From Octopus sinensis (Eukaryota): a stretch of DNA of 64,000 nt. The translations under genes and the position numbers were made by a program. This document shows, piece after piece, positions 13,631 to 26,394 of this stretch (positions are counted from its first letter, which is position 1; each line of letters opens with the position of its first letter). Location of the stretch: positions 43,338,001 through 43,402,000 of the forward strand of contig NC_043015.1 in NCBI RefSeq assembly GCF_006345805.1, given 5' to 3'. The notes beneath the pieces were generated by a model. That model saw only the letters and a list, made by a program, of their open reading frames with translations. It ran no database searches and was not told the origin of the DNA.

Positions 13631-13825
13631 TCCATAATTGCACACGGGCATATAGCGTAGTGGTTAAGAGCGTGGGCTACTAACTCTAAGATTCCGAGTT
13701 CAATTTTAGGCAGTGTTTTAAATAACATCAGCAAAAATATACCTTAAGTTGGGTTCAAAATTCCACCAGCCAGGAAACCTGATGAGAGCTAATCATCCGA
13801 AACGTTGTTTGTAACAACAAGTCTT
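13631..13825 (+). mobile_element. tRNA-like head plus hammerhead-like tail element (copy A)
   Basis: TCCATAATTGCACACGGGCATATAGCGTAGTGGTTAAGAGCGTGGGCTACTAAC...CCGAGTTCAATT (A-box and B-box like), then GGAAAC CTGATGA ... GAAACGTT GTTT. Similar to the 13915-14289 copy. Confidence 0.75.
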
Positions 13826-13914
13826 CCAGCTCACCGCCTTCGTTTAAAATTATGAAAATGATTTTAAACAGTTATGAAAGTAAGTTATCTATAAGTGTGT
13901 GTATATGTGTGAAA

Positions 13915-14289
13915 ACATAGAAGAAGTTATTCTGTTCCATATTTCAGTGCATTATTTACATTGGACGGATATGTGTCCTCATTTGCTTTGCTGTTACCAC
14001 AACGTTTCGGATAATTAGCTCTCATCAGGTGTCTTGGCTGGTGGAATTTTGAACCCAACTTAAGGTATATTTTTGTTGATGTTATTCAAGGCACTGAATG
14101 AAATTGTACTCGAAATCTTAGGGTTAGTAACCCACGCTCTTAACCAATACGATATATGCCCGTGGGCAATTATGGAGTGAATTTTAGGACTTATAAACCT
14201 AGTATTTTATCTTTTCTTAATACTGGTTCCCATATTCTACTCATATCAGCACTAGGTCTGCTAAGGAGGTTATCGTGTCCTAGCATATG
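13915..14289 (-). mobile_element. Inverted copy of the same Penelope-like 3' end: ORF tail, tRNA-like segment, degenerate hammerhead
   Basis: Reverse complement reads HMLGHDNLLSRPSADMSRIWEPVLRKDKILGL*, then CCTAAAATTCACTCCATAATTGCCCACGGGCATATATCGTATTGGTTAAGAGC...(A/B boxes)...AAGACAC CTGATGA ... GAAACGTT GTG. It joins the plus copy at the palindrome CATATG (14284-14289). Confidence 0.8.
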
Positions 14290-14481
14290 GGAAAGAACGG
14301 AGACAACCTCCCTCTGTGGAATGAAGTTAAAATAATAGACAGAGAACACCACTGGAAAATACGAAAACTAAAAGAGGCAGCACATATGCTAGGACACAAT
14401 AACCTCCTGAGCAGACCTAGTGCAGATAGGAGTAGCATATGGGAACCGGTATCAAGAGAAGATAAATTACAAGGTTTATAA
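14284..14481 (+). mobile_element. Penelope-like retroelement, 3' end of ORF (C-terminal part of GIY-YIG endonuclease)
   Basis: ORF ...LPLWNEVKIIDREHHWKIRKLKEAAHMLGHNNLLSRPS...IWEPV matches the W..(I/V)(I/L)D.E..W..R.(I/L)KEA.H pattern at the C-terminus of PLE GIY-YIG domains. It is 5'-truncated and followed by the tRNA-like/hammerhead segment. Confidence 0.8.
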
Positions 14482-14925
14482 GCCTTAAAATTCACTCTGT
14501 GATTAAGAGCGCTGGCTACTAATCTCAAGATTCCGAGTTCAATTCCAGACAGTGCCTTGAATAAATAAATAAATAAATAAGGCGGCGTGGTGGCAGAAAC
14601 GTTAGCACGCCGGGCGAAATGCGTAGCCGTATTTCGTCTGCCGTTACGTTCTGAGTTCAAATTCCGCCGAAGTCGACTTTGCCTTACATCCTTTCGGGGT
14701 CGATAAATTAAGTACCAGTTACGCACTGGGGTCGATATAATCGACTTAATCCGTTTGTCCCCTCTTTGTTCAGCCCCTTGTGGGTAGTAAACAAATAGAT
14801 AATAATAAGAAATAGATAATAATAGTCAGAAAAACAAATAAACAATGATAATAATAGTTAGAAAAAATACCCAGTGTTGGGTTGAAAATTCTACCAGGAC
14901 ACCTGAGGAACGTTGTGTATACATG
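14482..14925 (+). mobile_element. 3' UTR/pLTR of the plus-strand Penelope-like copy (copy E), interrupted by a SINE; hammerhead stem II deleted
   Basis: GTGATTAAGAGCGCTGGCTACTAATCTCAAGATTCCGAGTTCAATTCC, an AT-rich spacer containing an S1 SINE (14581-14800), then AGGACAC CTGAGGA ACGTTGTGT. Confidence 0.65.
14581..14800 (+). mobile_element. S1 SINE nested in the Penelope-like 3' UTR
   Basis: Full head and body, inserted into (AAAT)n. Confidence 0.85.
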
Positions 14926-15589
14926 CCGTTTCCAATAACATTACTAGTATATTGAATTTTGCTCAATCTGGAATCGAAACCTGATGTAAAGGAATCTCAC
15001 CTCTCATCGTCACCACTACGGTTTTACACATATTTGTCTTACTAATGGAGCGCACAGTTTAACCGATGTCATTTTATTCAATGTTTTATGGCCAATTTTG
15101 CCTGAATTTATTAAATTATACATTTTACAATAACTTTTGTACATTTACTTTTTTTTTCCAAATCGCATTAAAATTTCACGAAAGCGAAATCCGACTGAAA
15201 AGCAATTATAAAATGATATTATTTTTTAAAATTATACCTTATTAATAACGCCGCATTAACAAGTTCCTAGCCAGACTCCCAGGAGGGCAATTTCAAACTA
15301 ATACATGCCAATGAATTAAAATTTTACGATTTAACACTTCTTCGCTCCCCTTCCTCCCATTTCTTATGTTTATGTTTTCCTTTTCCTTATATTTGTTTTT
15401 CTTTTGATCTGTATTATCTCCGTGTGGGTGGCGAAGTCGAACGGAAAAGGTCGAGCGTCAGTCTGTGTTGTAAAGTATTTGTTGGAAAGAAAGCCCTGTC
15501 GTACTTTTGACACGATCACTTTCAGGGTATTTTTTTCTCTTTCAATTTTTTTTCTCTTTCAATTTCGATACCTACGTTTATTTATTTAT

Positions 15590-16003
15590 TCTTTTATTTG
15601 TTTCAGACATTTGACTGAAGCAATGCTAGAGCACCGCCTTTACTCGAACAGACCGTCCTCGGGGCTTATTCTTTGTAAGTCTAGTACTTTATTCTATCGC
15701 TATCTTTTGTCGAACCGCTAAGTTACGGGGACGTAAACACACCAGCATCGGTTGTCAAGATAGAGTGGTGGGGACAAACAGACACACAAGCATACACACA
15801 CACACACACACGTACACACACACACTCACACATATATACGATGGGCTTCCTTCAGTTTCCGTCTACCAAATCCACTCACAAGGCTTTGGTCGACTCGAGG
15901 ATATAGCAGGAGACACTTGCCCAATGTGCCACACAGTGGGACTGAACCCGGAAGCATGTGGTTGGTAAGCGAGCTACATACCACACAGCCACTCCTGAGC
16001 CTA
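15590..16003 (-). mobile_element. S2 SINE
   Basis: Matches the S2 structure. Confidence 0.85.
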
Positions 16004-16804
16004 TAGTCTCTTTTTTTTGTTTACCGAGAAAGTAATATTTATCCTCACTTAAGTGGGAATAAAAATTAATACCACCCCTGTTGCTAATATATATTTTTTA
16101 ACAAGCCCATTGGCTAATCGCGACACCAGGTTGGATGTCTATCATTGATAAGACCAAGGAAGGTCAAAATCCCGTGATCTATTGGTCTCGGCGAAGATTT
16201 ATCTCCCCGCTAGCGATATAAGCATGAGTGTCTTTTGCACCAAAGCCAACATGAGAGTTTCTCTCATGGCATCTACTACAGTATAAATTGTTCTAGCAGA
16301 ACACTCACGTTTAAGTACTGATGTTACCTCTCGATATTAATACTGCTTCTGTCGTTTATATATGCTTTTGTAGTCTTTCTTTGCAGATTACTTTATACAA
16401 TTGCGGCTAAATTTGAATCGGTTTCACCCATTTAAAATGAGATTAAGTCAGGCCCATATCAGATACTACATACTGTATAAATTCAGAAAGGTCTCTTCAG
16501 CAATGGAAGCGGTAAGAAATATTAGATTTAATTTGCGAAAATGAAGTTTGAAGTGTTTGCACATGTCTCTAATGGCTTGCCCAGTTTCAGTTGGGAAATC
16601 TTTCCTCTCGCATATTTGCCTCGATCTCAATGATGAATTTCTGCAATTACTGCTATTCAGAAAACTGTAGCTGTAGAGAACCTAAAGCCGGCTGCATGAG
16701 ATTTAGCAAAATATATCAGTTTAAGACGCGTTTCGGTCGTAAAAGATTTTCATGAACCAGAAAAAATGTCTAAATTTGACCAGTGGATCCATCATTAGAT
16801 GACT

Positions 16805-17005
16805 GCTTGAGCTGGCAAAAACGTTAGCACGCTGGGCGAAATGCTTAGCATTATTTCGTCTGCCGTTACGTTCTGAGTTCAAATTCCACCGAGGTCGACT
16901 TTGCCTTTCATACAGTGCGTAAGTACCAATTACGCACTGGGGTCGATGTAATCGACTTAATCCGTTTGTCTGTCCTTGTTTGTCCTCTCTATGTTTAGCC
17001 CTTAT
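16805..17005 (+). mobile_element. S1 SINE
   Basis: Matches the S1 consensus with an internal deletion. Confidence 0.8.
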
Positions 17006-18547
17006 TAATTGTGAAGAAGTTAAAAATGATATTGAATGTTTCTTTGAGAACTTGATGAATTTTTATGCCTGCGAAATCAACAATGAAGTAAATAGATGGA
17101 ATTTTGGTATCTTAACGAAAGGAATTAAGGCGGGGAGATGGCAGAATTACTAGTTCACATGGCAAAATACTTATCAGTACTTCTCTTGTCTTTACGTTCT
17201 AAGTTCAAATTCTGCCGAGGTCGACTTTCCCTTTTATTTTTTCGGGGTCGATAAAATAAGTGCCAGTTGATCATTGGGGACGATGTAATCGATTATCCCT
17301 CTCTCTTGAAATTGAGCCTCGTGAGAAAATTTGAAACCTATAACGAGGGGAATTTTCCCCTCATTATCTTAGCGGCATTTTGTCTGTCTTTAAGTCTGGC
17401 TTCAAATTCCGCCGATGTCGACTTCATCTTTCACCTTTCAAGGTCGATAAGATGAATACTAGTTGATCACTGAGATCTATATAATCGGTTAACCCTGCCC
17501 CGAAATTGCTGGTCTTGTGCCACAATTTGAAATCAGTATTTATATTTATACTGCTACACACTAAACTTAAATCTTATCGGATAGTGACTAGATTTATGCT
17601 TGTCTAGGGTCAATACAGTTAGTAAGAATCAGTTACTGTGAACAATGGCGAATGGTTCATAACTTTTCCCAAGAAATTTTACGATTGAGCGCCAATATAA
17701 GTAATCCGTATTATTGAAAACCGCTGACAGGTAGAGTCGGTAGAGCGCCGAACAAAGTGGTGATGAATTGACAAAATCAGTAAAGCGTCAAACGAAGAGG
17801 TAATGAAGTGCTAAGATCGGTAGAGCGCCGGACAAAGTGATGATGAACTGGTCAGATCAGTAGTGCGCCGAATACGGTGGTCACGGATTGTAAAATCGTC
17901 GGAGAAAGTAGTGCATACAATTAAATATGAATTGATAAATCTTACGGATAATCGTCATTTCAAATGAAAAGCAAATAGAGGAAATCAATAAACTGCGATT
18001 GATCTTCTGTTCCTCTATTTCATTATTATCTGATCAACAATGCATACATTCAATGAACTAGATGTCATAGTTATCTTATAATATAATCGATTAGTTTTAT
18101 GAATTGAACATCTTAGGAGTAACGCTATACAGAAATATATATATATTCGACATTCGACTTGTAAATGTCTGCAAATGCAGTGTTTATCTACCGTATTTAT
18201 ATGGACACTGCTTTCCGATCGGTTTGATCTCCCGTCGTCATCAGTTGATTTCTTTCTCGGTGTGTACATAAAGCCTCTTAATGGATTACGATATAATTAA
18301 TTTTAGTAAAAATTAGTGGCGAGACTGATCAACCGATAAAATAAGTACCAGGCTCAAAAGAAGAGAAAAATATAGTGGGTTCGATTGATTCAACTATGAG
18401 AATCATAGCGTATGCTTTATCAATGCAATTTTGAATCTCCTTCTTCACGATTGAGCTTTCGACTTTATGGAGAAGAACCATATCTACACAAGTCCTCAAG
18501 AGGTCAAAAGTTATCAACTTCGAAATACTTGATTGCGAGATATACTC

Positions 18548-19060
<513 letters not shown>

Positions 19061-19289
19061 CCCTTGGCTAATTCCTTACATGTAAGGCAGCCTTTCTTAC
19101 CCTCAGTATCATAGGACACCAAAGTATTTGAAATCACTGCGCCCACCACTGGAGCTATGGGGCTAAATAACATGTCCGGAATGAATAAAGCTAAAAGAGC
19201 TCAATACACAGCTAGACATATATATCAAATGGAGAATTACAGATTGTGAGACTACGACGAAAGATATATGTATATATATATATATATAT

Positions 19290-19692
19290 ACTCTTTTACT
19301 CTTTTACTTGTTTCAGTCATTTGACTGCGGCCATGCTGGAGCACCGCCTTTAGTCGAGCAAATCGACCCCAGGACTTATTCTTTGTAAGCCCAGTATTTA
19401 TTCTATCGGTCTATTTTGCCGAACCGCTAAGTGACGGCGACGTAAACACACCAGCATTGGTTGTCAAGCAATGCTAGGGGGACAAACACAGACACACAAA
19501 CATATATATATATATACATACATATATATGACGGGCTTCTTTCAGTTTCCGTCTACGAAATCCACTCACAAGTCTTTGTTTGGCCCGAGGCTATAGTAGG
19601 AGACACTTGCCCAAGATGCCACGCAGTGGGACTGAACCTGGAACCATGTGGTTGGTAAGCAAGCTACTTACCACACAGTCACTCCTGCGCCT
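19290..19692 (-). mobile_element. S2 SINE
   Basis: Matches the S2 structure. Confidence 0.85.
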
Positions 19693-19961
19693 TAAATTAA
19701 ATTAGAGATAATTATATTAATTATATTTATTTTTTGTTTTTTATGTTTTGATTTATGTCTATCACTGTTTGATTTGCCTAACAGTGGTTTTATCTCTAAT
19801 TTAATTTATATTTATACTGTGAAATTTGATTTAATCCTAATTCTAATTTTTCCCTCTAAGTTTGGATATAGTCCCTAATATTATTATTATTATTATTGCA
19901 TATATATATATATATATTATATATATATATATGATATATATATGTATGTATATATATATAG

Positions 19962-20025
<64 letters not shown>

Positions 20026-20113
20026 GTATGTATATATATGATATATATATGTATTTATATATATGTATGTATATATATAATATATATGTATGTATATATA
20101 TATTATATATATG

Positions 20114-20155
<42 letters not shown>

Positions 20156-20324
20156 GTAATATATATATATATGTATGCATATATATGTATGTATATATAT
20201 AATATATATATATATATGTATGTAGTATGTATATGTATATATATATATATATATGTATTTATATATGTATGTATATTATATATATATATATATATATGTA
20301 TGTATATATATATATATATGTATG

Positions 20325-20374
<50 letters not shown>

Positions 20375-21034
20375 ATGTATATATAGATGTAGATATGTGT
20401 GTGTGTGTAGTGTGGTAAGGAATTTGCTTCTCAATCACAGCGTTCCGAGTTCAGTCCCAATGCGTGGACATTGGGTGTAATCACCAATTAAAGACGTGAT
20501 TTTCTCCAGTCTTATCTTTGTTGTGTTGTGTTGTGTTGTGTGTGTGTGTGTGTGTTGAATTGACATTCATAAAAAAGCTAAGGTTTCCTAAAATTTAAAT
20601 ATATTTGTGTCTTTCCGATTCAAGGTATGTTGGCCATACAATATATATATGTATATAGTTTATGACCCGTTAAAAGCAAAGCTATGTAGATTAAATTACC
20701 CATGACGCTTACAATTTATTTCCATTCTGTCTTAAGTAGTAAATATTTATTCAATTGAAGGAGATCGAGTCCCCCCCTATGCTTGGTACTTATTTTATCG
20801 GAGGAGCAGTCATTCAGTAGTTTCCTCTCTCCTTAACTGCACGTAAAAAGCGTAGAACAAACGTGTTTACATTTTAGAATTTCCTCTGACAGCAAAATCT
20901 TTTCTGTACGTGCGTGCATACATACACACGGTTATATAGGAGGGGAGAGGGCGGGACTGAGAAATGAAATACATAGCTAAGCATGTACATCATATAGGGA
21001 GTAAAATATTGTGAGACTAAGACGAAGGATATAT

Positions 21035-21675
21035 ATATGGCTCAGTGGTTAGGGGCAGCGGACTCGCGGTCGTAGGATCGCGGTTTCGATTCCCAGACCG
21101 GGCGTTGTGTGTATTTAATGAGCGAAAACACCTGAAAAGCTCCACGAGGCTCCGGCAGCGGGTGCTGATCCCTGCTGTACTCTTTCACCACTCTTTCTCT
21201 CACTCTTTCTGCTTGCTTAGCCAGCGGGGTGGCGTCATTCGAAGGCTTAAACAATGCGAACGCATTGTGACCAGCGATGTGCTGCAACATCTGATGGTCT
21301 TGTCGGTCACGTGATATATATATAAGATATAGATGTCGTAGGATCGCGGTGTCGATTCCCAGACCGGGCGCTGAGAGTGTTTATTGAGCGAAAACACCTA
21401 ATGCTCCACGAAGCTCCGGCAGGGGGTGGTGGTGAACCTTGCTGTACTCTTTCACCACAACTTTCTCTCACTCTTTCTTCCAGTTCCTGTTGTACCTGTA
21501 TTTCAAAGGGCCAGCCTTGTCACAAACTGTGTCACGCCGAATCTCCCCCCGAGAACTACGTTAAAAGTACACGTGCCTGTGGAGTGCTCAGCCACTTGCA
21601 CGTTAACTCAACGAGCAGGCTGTTCCGTTGTTCGGATCAACTGGAACCCTCGTCATCGTAACCGACGGAGTGCCA
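21035..21675 (+). mobile_element. Two adjacent S3-head SINEs with different 3' tails
   Basis: The first copy (about 21035-21320) ends in ...CACGTGATATATA, a tail also seen on the minus strand at about 9415-9520. The second (about 21335-21675) has the long S3 tail. Confidence 0.8.
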
Positions 21676-21679
21676 ACAC

Positions 21680-22050
21680 ATGTATGTATGTATGTATGTA
21701 TGTATGTATGTATGTATGTATGTATGTATGTATGTATGTATGTATGTATGTATGCATCTATGTATGAATTTATGTATGTATGTATGCATCTATGTATGTA
21801 TGTATGCATCTATGTATGTATGTATGCATCTATGTATGTACATATGCATCTATGTATGTATGTATGCATGTATGTATGTATATATGTATGTATGGATGTA
21901 TGCATGTATGTATGCATGTGTGTATGTATGTATGTATGTATGCATGTATGAATGCATGCATGTATGAATGTATGTATGTATGCATGCATGTATGTAGGTA
22001 TATATATGTATGCATGTATGTATGTATGTATGTATGTATGTCTGTCTGTA
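21680..22050. repeat. (ATGT)n compound microsatellite, representative of many in the window
   Basis: Similar arrays: (CATA)n at about 30130-30575 and 31207-31545, (ATT/CAT)n 27298-27650, (TA)n-rich 19890-20400 and 45780-46520, (CTAT)n 45440-45585, (AAT)n 58240-58470, (CTA)n 63640-63845. Confidence 0.95.
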
Positions 22051-22824
22051 TGAATTTGAGCGTAAATGAGACAGAAAGAAAAAAAGAGAGAGATCACATG
22101 GTACCAGTATGCCAAACGAAAAATTAAAGCAAGGAATACATGTTGAGTCACAGTGTCATATTTTAAATTTTCAGAAAGGCTTTTACAATTTGATATTACC
22201 GAACTGTGCGCAGCAAACCGAATTCCCGTTGAAATGGAAAAGGAAATGTCCCTTTTCCAAAATTCCATTATTTAAACGAAATCTATAATTACTGCTACAT
22301 GACATCTGCTGACATAAAATTTGCTTAACATTGTATTTAATTTTTATATTTACTTGGAATACTGTAATTTTCCAATATTCCTCAAGGCATATTTATGCTT
22401 TCTCTTCACTGCTCATATTTTGGAAAAAGGATGTTCGTAGTTACATTGTTACGCCTATTAATATACTCGAATGAATCAACTTAATATGTTGTTTTCTAAG
22501 CCTTTGCAACGTATAGATTTAGATGAATAGAGAAGTAATACGAGGAATATAAAATGGCAGCTAATCGCTCAGTGATAACGTTTCACTCCTGGGGAGCCAT
22601 TTTGCTTGTATTGAAGTTTGTTAATGCACTTTGAGAAATGGAGTAGGATATTTTGTTTGCTCTGCTTTTGGAATAATATATTGTGTTTAGCTGGCTTTGT
22701 CTTGGATCGTCAGCTCCTGATGGAGTCATCGAGGTGCCGTTTTAACATAAAATGCGTTTTGGGTGACATTTGATCTACCTGGTGGAGCCCAGTTATCATC
22801 AAATCTGACCACGATCGATTTCTT

Positions 22825-22866
<42 letters not shown>

Positions 22867-23224
22867 GAGAAACTAATGAACAGAGAGAAAAAATTGTGAA
22901 GTATATTTGCCACTTAAATGTGGCTAACCCTTAAGGGTGTATGCTACTGTAGCTTGTAGCCCCAGGAGGACACCGCCTCCAGCTGGCTATTGACACACTT
23001 TCTGTGCCCTATTAGTATTTGCAAAGGGAAGCCATCCTTCATCAGAGATTTGTTATTGCTTTAGGAAAAAATTGGTTCCAGAACAAAACTGGTAACCAGC
23101 TTATCGATCTGAGAATGACAAAGCCGACCTCATCAGTATTGAACTTAGCTCGCAGAAAGACTAAGGTAAGAAAAACTCGAGCCATAGCGCTACCACTAGG
23201 CCAATTTGCCGGTCGGGTTGAAGA

Positions 23225-24032
23225 CGGCGGCGAGCTGGCAGAAACGTTAGTACGTCCGACGAAATGCGTAGCCGTATTTCTTCTGCCGTTAAGTTCTGGG
23301 TTCTAATTCCGCCGAGGTGGACTTTGCCTTTCATCTTTTCGGGGTCGATAAATTAAGTACCAGTTACGCACCGGGATCGATATAATCGGCTTAATCCGTT
23401 TGATTGTAGTAAAGAAACATATAATTAAAATGACAGTTATTTATTTTTTTTGCATACTGAAAATTCAAGTGCGATGAATTAGTATTGGAATAATTGCCGA
23501 CAGGTTGTCTTATTGCATTTCGTTTAGATCTCTTTACGTTCATATTCTTCGGAGAAGATTCTTTCGTTTCCTGATTCTGTGCTGGATAACTTATCAAACA
23601 GTAACATATTGGAATCATTTTATTTGAATGCTCGACCTTTCCATAGTTTGTCGTCTCATGGCAATTGCAGAAATCATGGCAGAGCAAATCCATACCTTTA
23701 CATATCAGCAACGTTTGTTATGTAATGCAAAAATATTGACATATCAGTCTTGGGGTCCTTATTTTCTTTTTCAAGAAAGAACGCCTTAAATCTTAAGGAA
23801 TCGGCGGCGAGCTGGCAGAAACGTTAGCACGCCGGGCAAAATGCGAACCCGTATTTCGTCTGCTGTTACGTTGTGAGTTCAAATTACACCGAGGTCGACT
23901 TTGCCTTTCATCTTTTCGGGGTCGATAAATTAAGTACCAGATACGCACTGGGGTCGATGTAATCGACTTAATCCGTTTGTCTGTCCTTGTTTGTCCCCTC
24001 TATGTTCAGCCCCTTGTGGGTAATAAAGAAAC
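23225..24032 (+). mobile_element. Two S1 SINE copies (about 23225-23400 and 23803-24032)
   Basis: Both match the S1 consensus. Confidence 0.8.
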
Positions 24033-25209
24033 AAATTATTTCATGATTATAAAGATTAGAGTGCCCTCTGGATAATATTAACACAGGTTAATTAAATGTG
24101 TTGCATCGGATTATTAACACCGAAATAGAATATTGGTCCGTAGGAACGTCAAGCGAATTTTGATATAAACATTGGCATGAGTGAAAATCATTGAGATATT
24201 TGCTCCCCATCGAGTTACACACACTCCCTAATCATGAGAGTGAACCAATAATTTGGCCTATCGGAGACATGAAATCAATGACGTTGTGATTCACCATTTA
24301 CCATATGATAAATAAATATATAAAAGTGATACTACCGCGATGTACGTTCAAATAACTTGAAATGAACAAATTTATTTCTCTCGCATTCCTCTGCTTATCT
24401 TCATTGATGTATTTATCAGATAGTTACAACGCAATGTAAACACGTTTTAAACCTGTGTTATTCGCGCGAGCTCTGTGACTGGCGTTTTCAGTACATTTTT
24501 CACTCTACAAACAAGATACGGCTACGATATTCCTGGTTATGGTTAAGCTGGTTGTTATTCACAGCGGTATTCTTCGGTAGACAATGTGTAATAGGATAGC
24601 TGTAAGAGGATAATTATCTGGGATTCAAATAGGTGCAGTTTAGATAGAAGATCAAACGGAAGATCTCAAGCAAAAAAAAAAATATTCCCTCCTTTTGTAA
24701 TACATTTGTCTGGCTATAAATAAATAAATGAATATTATGATGGAAAATAAAATGAAACCGTTATATAATAGTAATAATAAAAGAACACCGTGAATATAGA
24801 TTGTTCATATTTGTTCTGGTGATTTATTTTCTTTGAATGTGATAAAAGAATATTTCAGTTTCAATCTTTGAATACGAGAAGAGCTGTAGAATCACAGAAT
24901 GCTATTTTCTGTAACCTTGCCAGTTATTCTTAGTATAATCTGGAAAACCAAGAATTTAAAAGAAAGGGATGTATACCATTATATTGGTGTGACGGAAAGA
25001 AAAATTGGGTGGGGATAAAGAAACGTTAACTGTTTGGAAAACGAAACACAAAATGAGGTGAAATGTAAACAAGCAACAACCGGAGAGTTTGTTTATAGAG
25101 TTTATTAATAAAAAGACTCTTCTCAAATATAATAATATTGGCTTCAACACACAGTCTCAGATTAAAATATTTGCGAAATAAATTCAAATTCACACACACA
25201 ACATGCAAT

Positions 25210-25250
<41 letters not shown>

Positions 25251-25610
25251 TTCTCACACTCACACACGTTCAAACACACACACACGCACACGTTCACATA
25301 CACACGTTGTCACACACAAACACACACACACACACACACACTCCGATAGAGCATTAGTTAACCAAATGAAGTGGAAAGACTGCGCAACTTGAATACGAAA
25401 CCGCATCGCAATACTTGAAGGTATAAGTTATTTTGCAAAGCTGGTTATATGTGATAAGATTCCCTCTAGTTTATTTCTGGAGAAGTAGGTTGACAACAAT
25501 AGATTTATGTAAACAGTATAACAGATTTAGGATATATATTAAGCCTGAAGAAGCACACACACACCACACACACACACACACATATATATATAAATTGTAT
25601 GTGTGTGTGT

Positions 25611-25880
25611 AATAACAAGAATTCTAGGATAGAATTAATAAATATTTCATCATCGCTTCGCGCGTTCCCACAAATCACATGATTTTAACATCAGAGTTGT
25701 TATCCTTGGGATTAGTACGGTAAAGTCCGGTTTATCCGCGGGTATCCGGTTGATTATCATCATTGATCCATTTCATCAGACGTTACTGCATTATCGGATG
25801 TTAAAATCATGTGATTTGTGGAAACGCGCGTAGAGATGTATTACATATTTATAAATTCCATCCTAGGCTTATTGTTATTA
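25611..25880. repeat. Imperfect inverted repeat, arms of about 82 bp (MITE-like or PLE-like)
   Basis: CGCGCGTTCCCACAAATCACATGATTTTAACATC versus GATGTTAAAATCATGTGATTTGTGGAAACGCGCG, plus diverged outer parts. Confidence 0.8.
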
Positions 25881-26267
25881 TTATATTTTTCCTATATTAT
25901 ATCGGCATAACCATGATGCAAGCCCCCACCAAAAAATTACTTTCTAGCCAGTATCATCAGACAGTAGCCAGCATAATGAACTAGGAGCTTTATTTGTATA
26001 CCTCTAACGTTACTAAATGTACTAAAGTTGAATTAAGTCAATGTTTTAAAATTGATTTATTTAGCTTGTACATTAAACATGAAACTAGTCTTGTGTTAAC
26101 CACGCTAGCTTTAAAATAGACTTACTTTATTTCGCCTGCCTTATATCATTTAGTATCAAGAATTGTCAATGTTTTATTTAAATATTAATCATTCAACACG
26201 CATGGAGATAAAGATTTTTAACTGCGCTTATCCCTCTCTCTACGTCTCTAACACACACACACACACA

Positions 26268-26317
<50 letters not shown>

Positions 26318-26394
26318 TGTATGATGTGTGTGTGTGTGCGTGTATCCACAGGTTTCCGTCTATCAGATTCATTCACAAGACACTGGTCATTCCA

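Noticed and set aside
13646-13715. Possible tRNA gene
   Set aside because: Acceptor and T stems do not pair, and it recurs only as part of a repeat. Treated as a tRNA-derived segment; the parent tRNA cannot be assigned.
17730-17900. CRISPR-like reading of the 40-bp array or the S1 tandem units
   Set aside because: No identical repeats separated by unique spacers, no cas genes, and the context is eukaryotic.
18195-18250. Minus-strand CUGAUGA...stem...GAAA as another hammerhead
   Set aside because: Stem II pairs, but stem III (G-G mismatch) and stem I do not.
22570-22605. Minus-strand CUCC-CCA-GGAG-U-GAAACGUU as a hammerhead half
   Set aside because: No CUGANGA core upstream.
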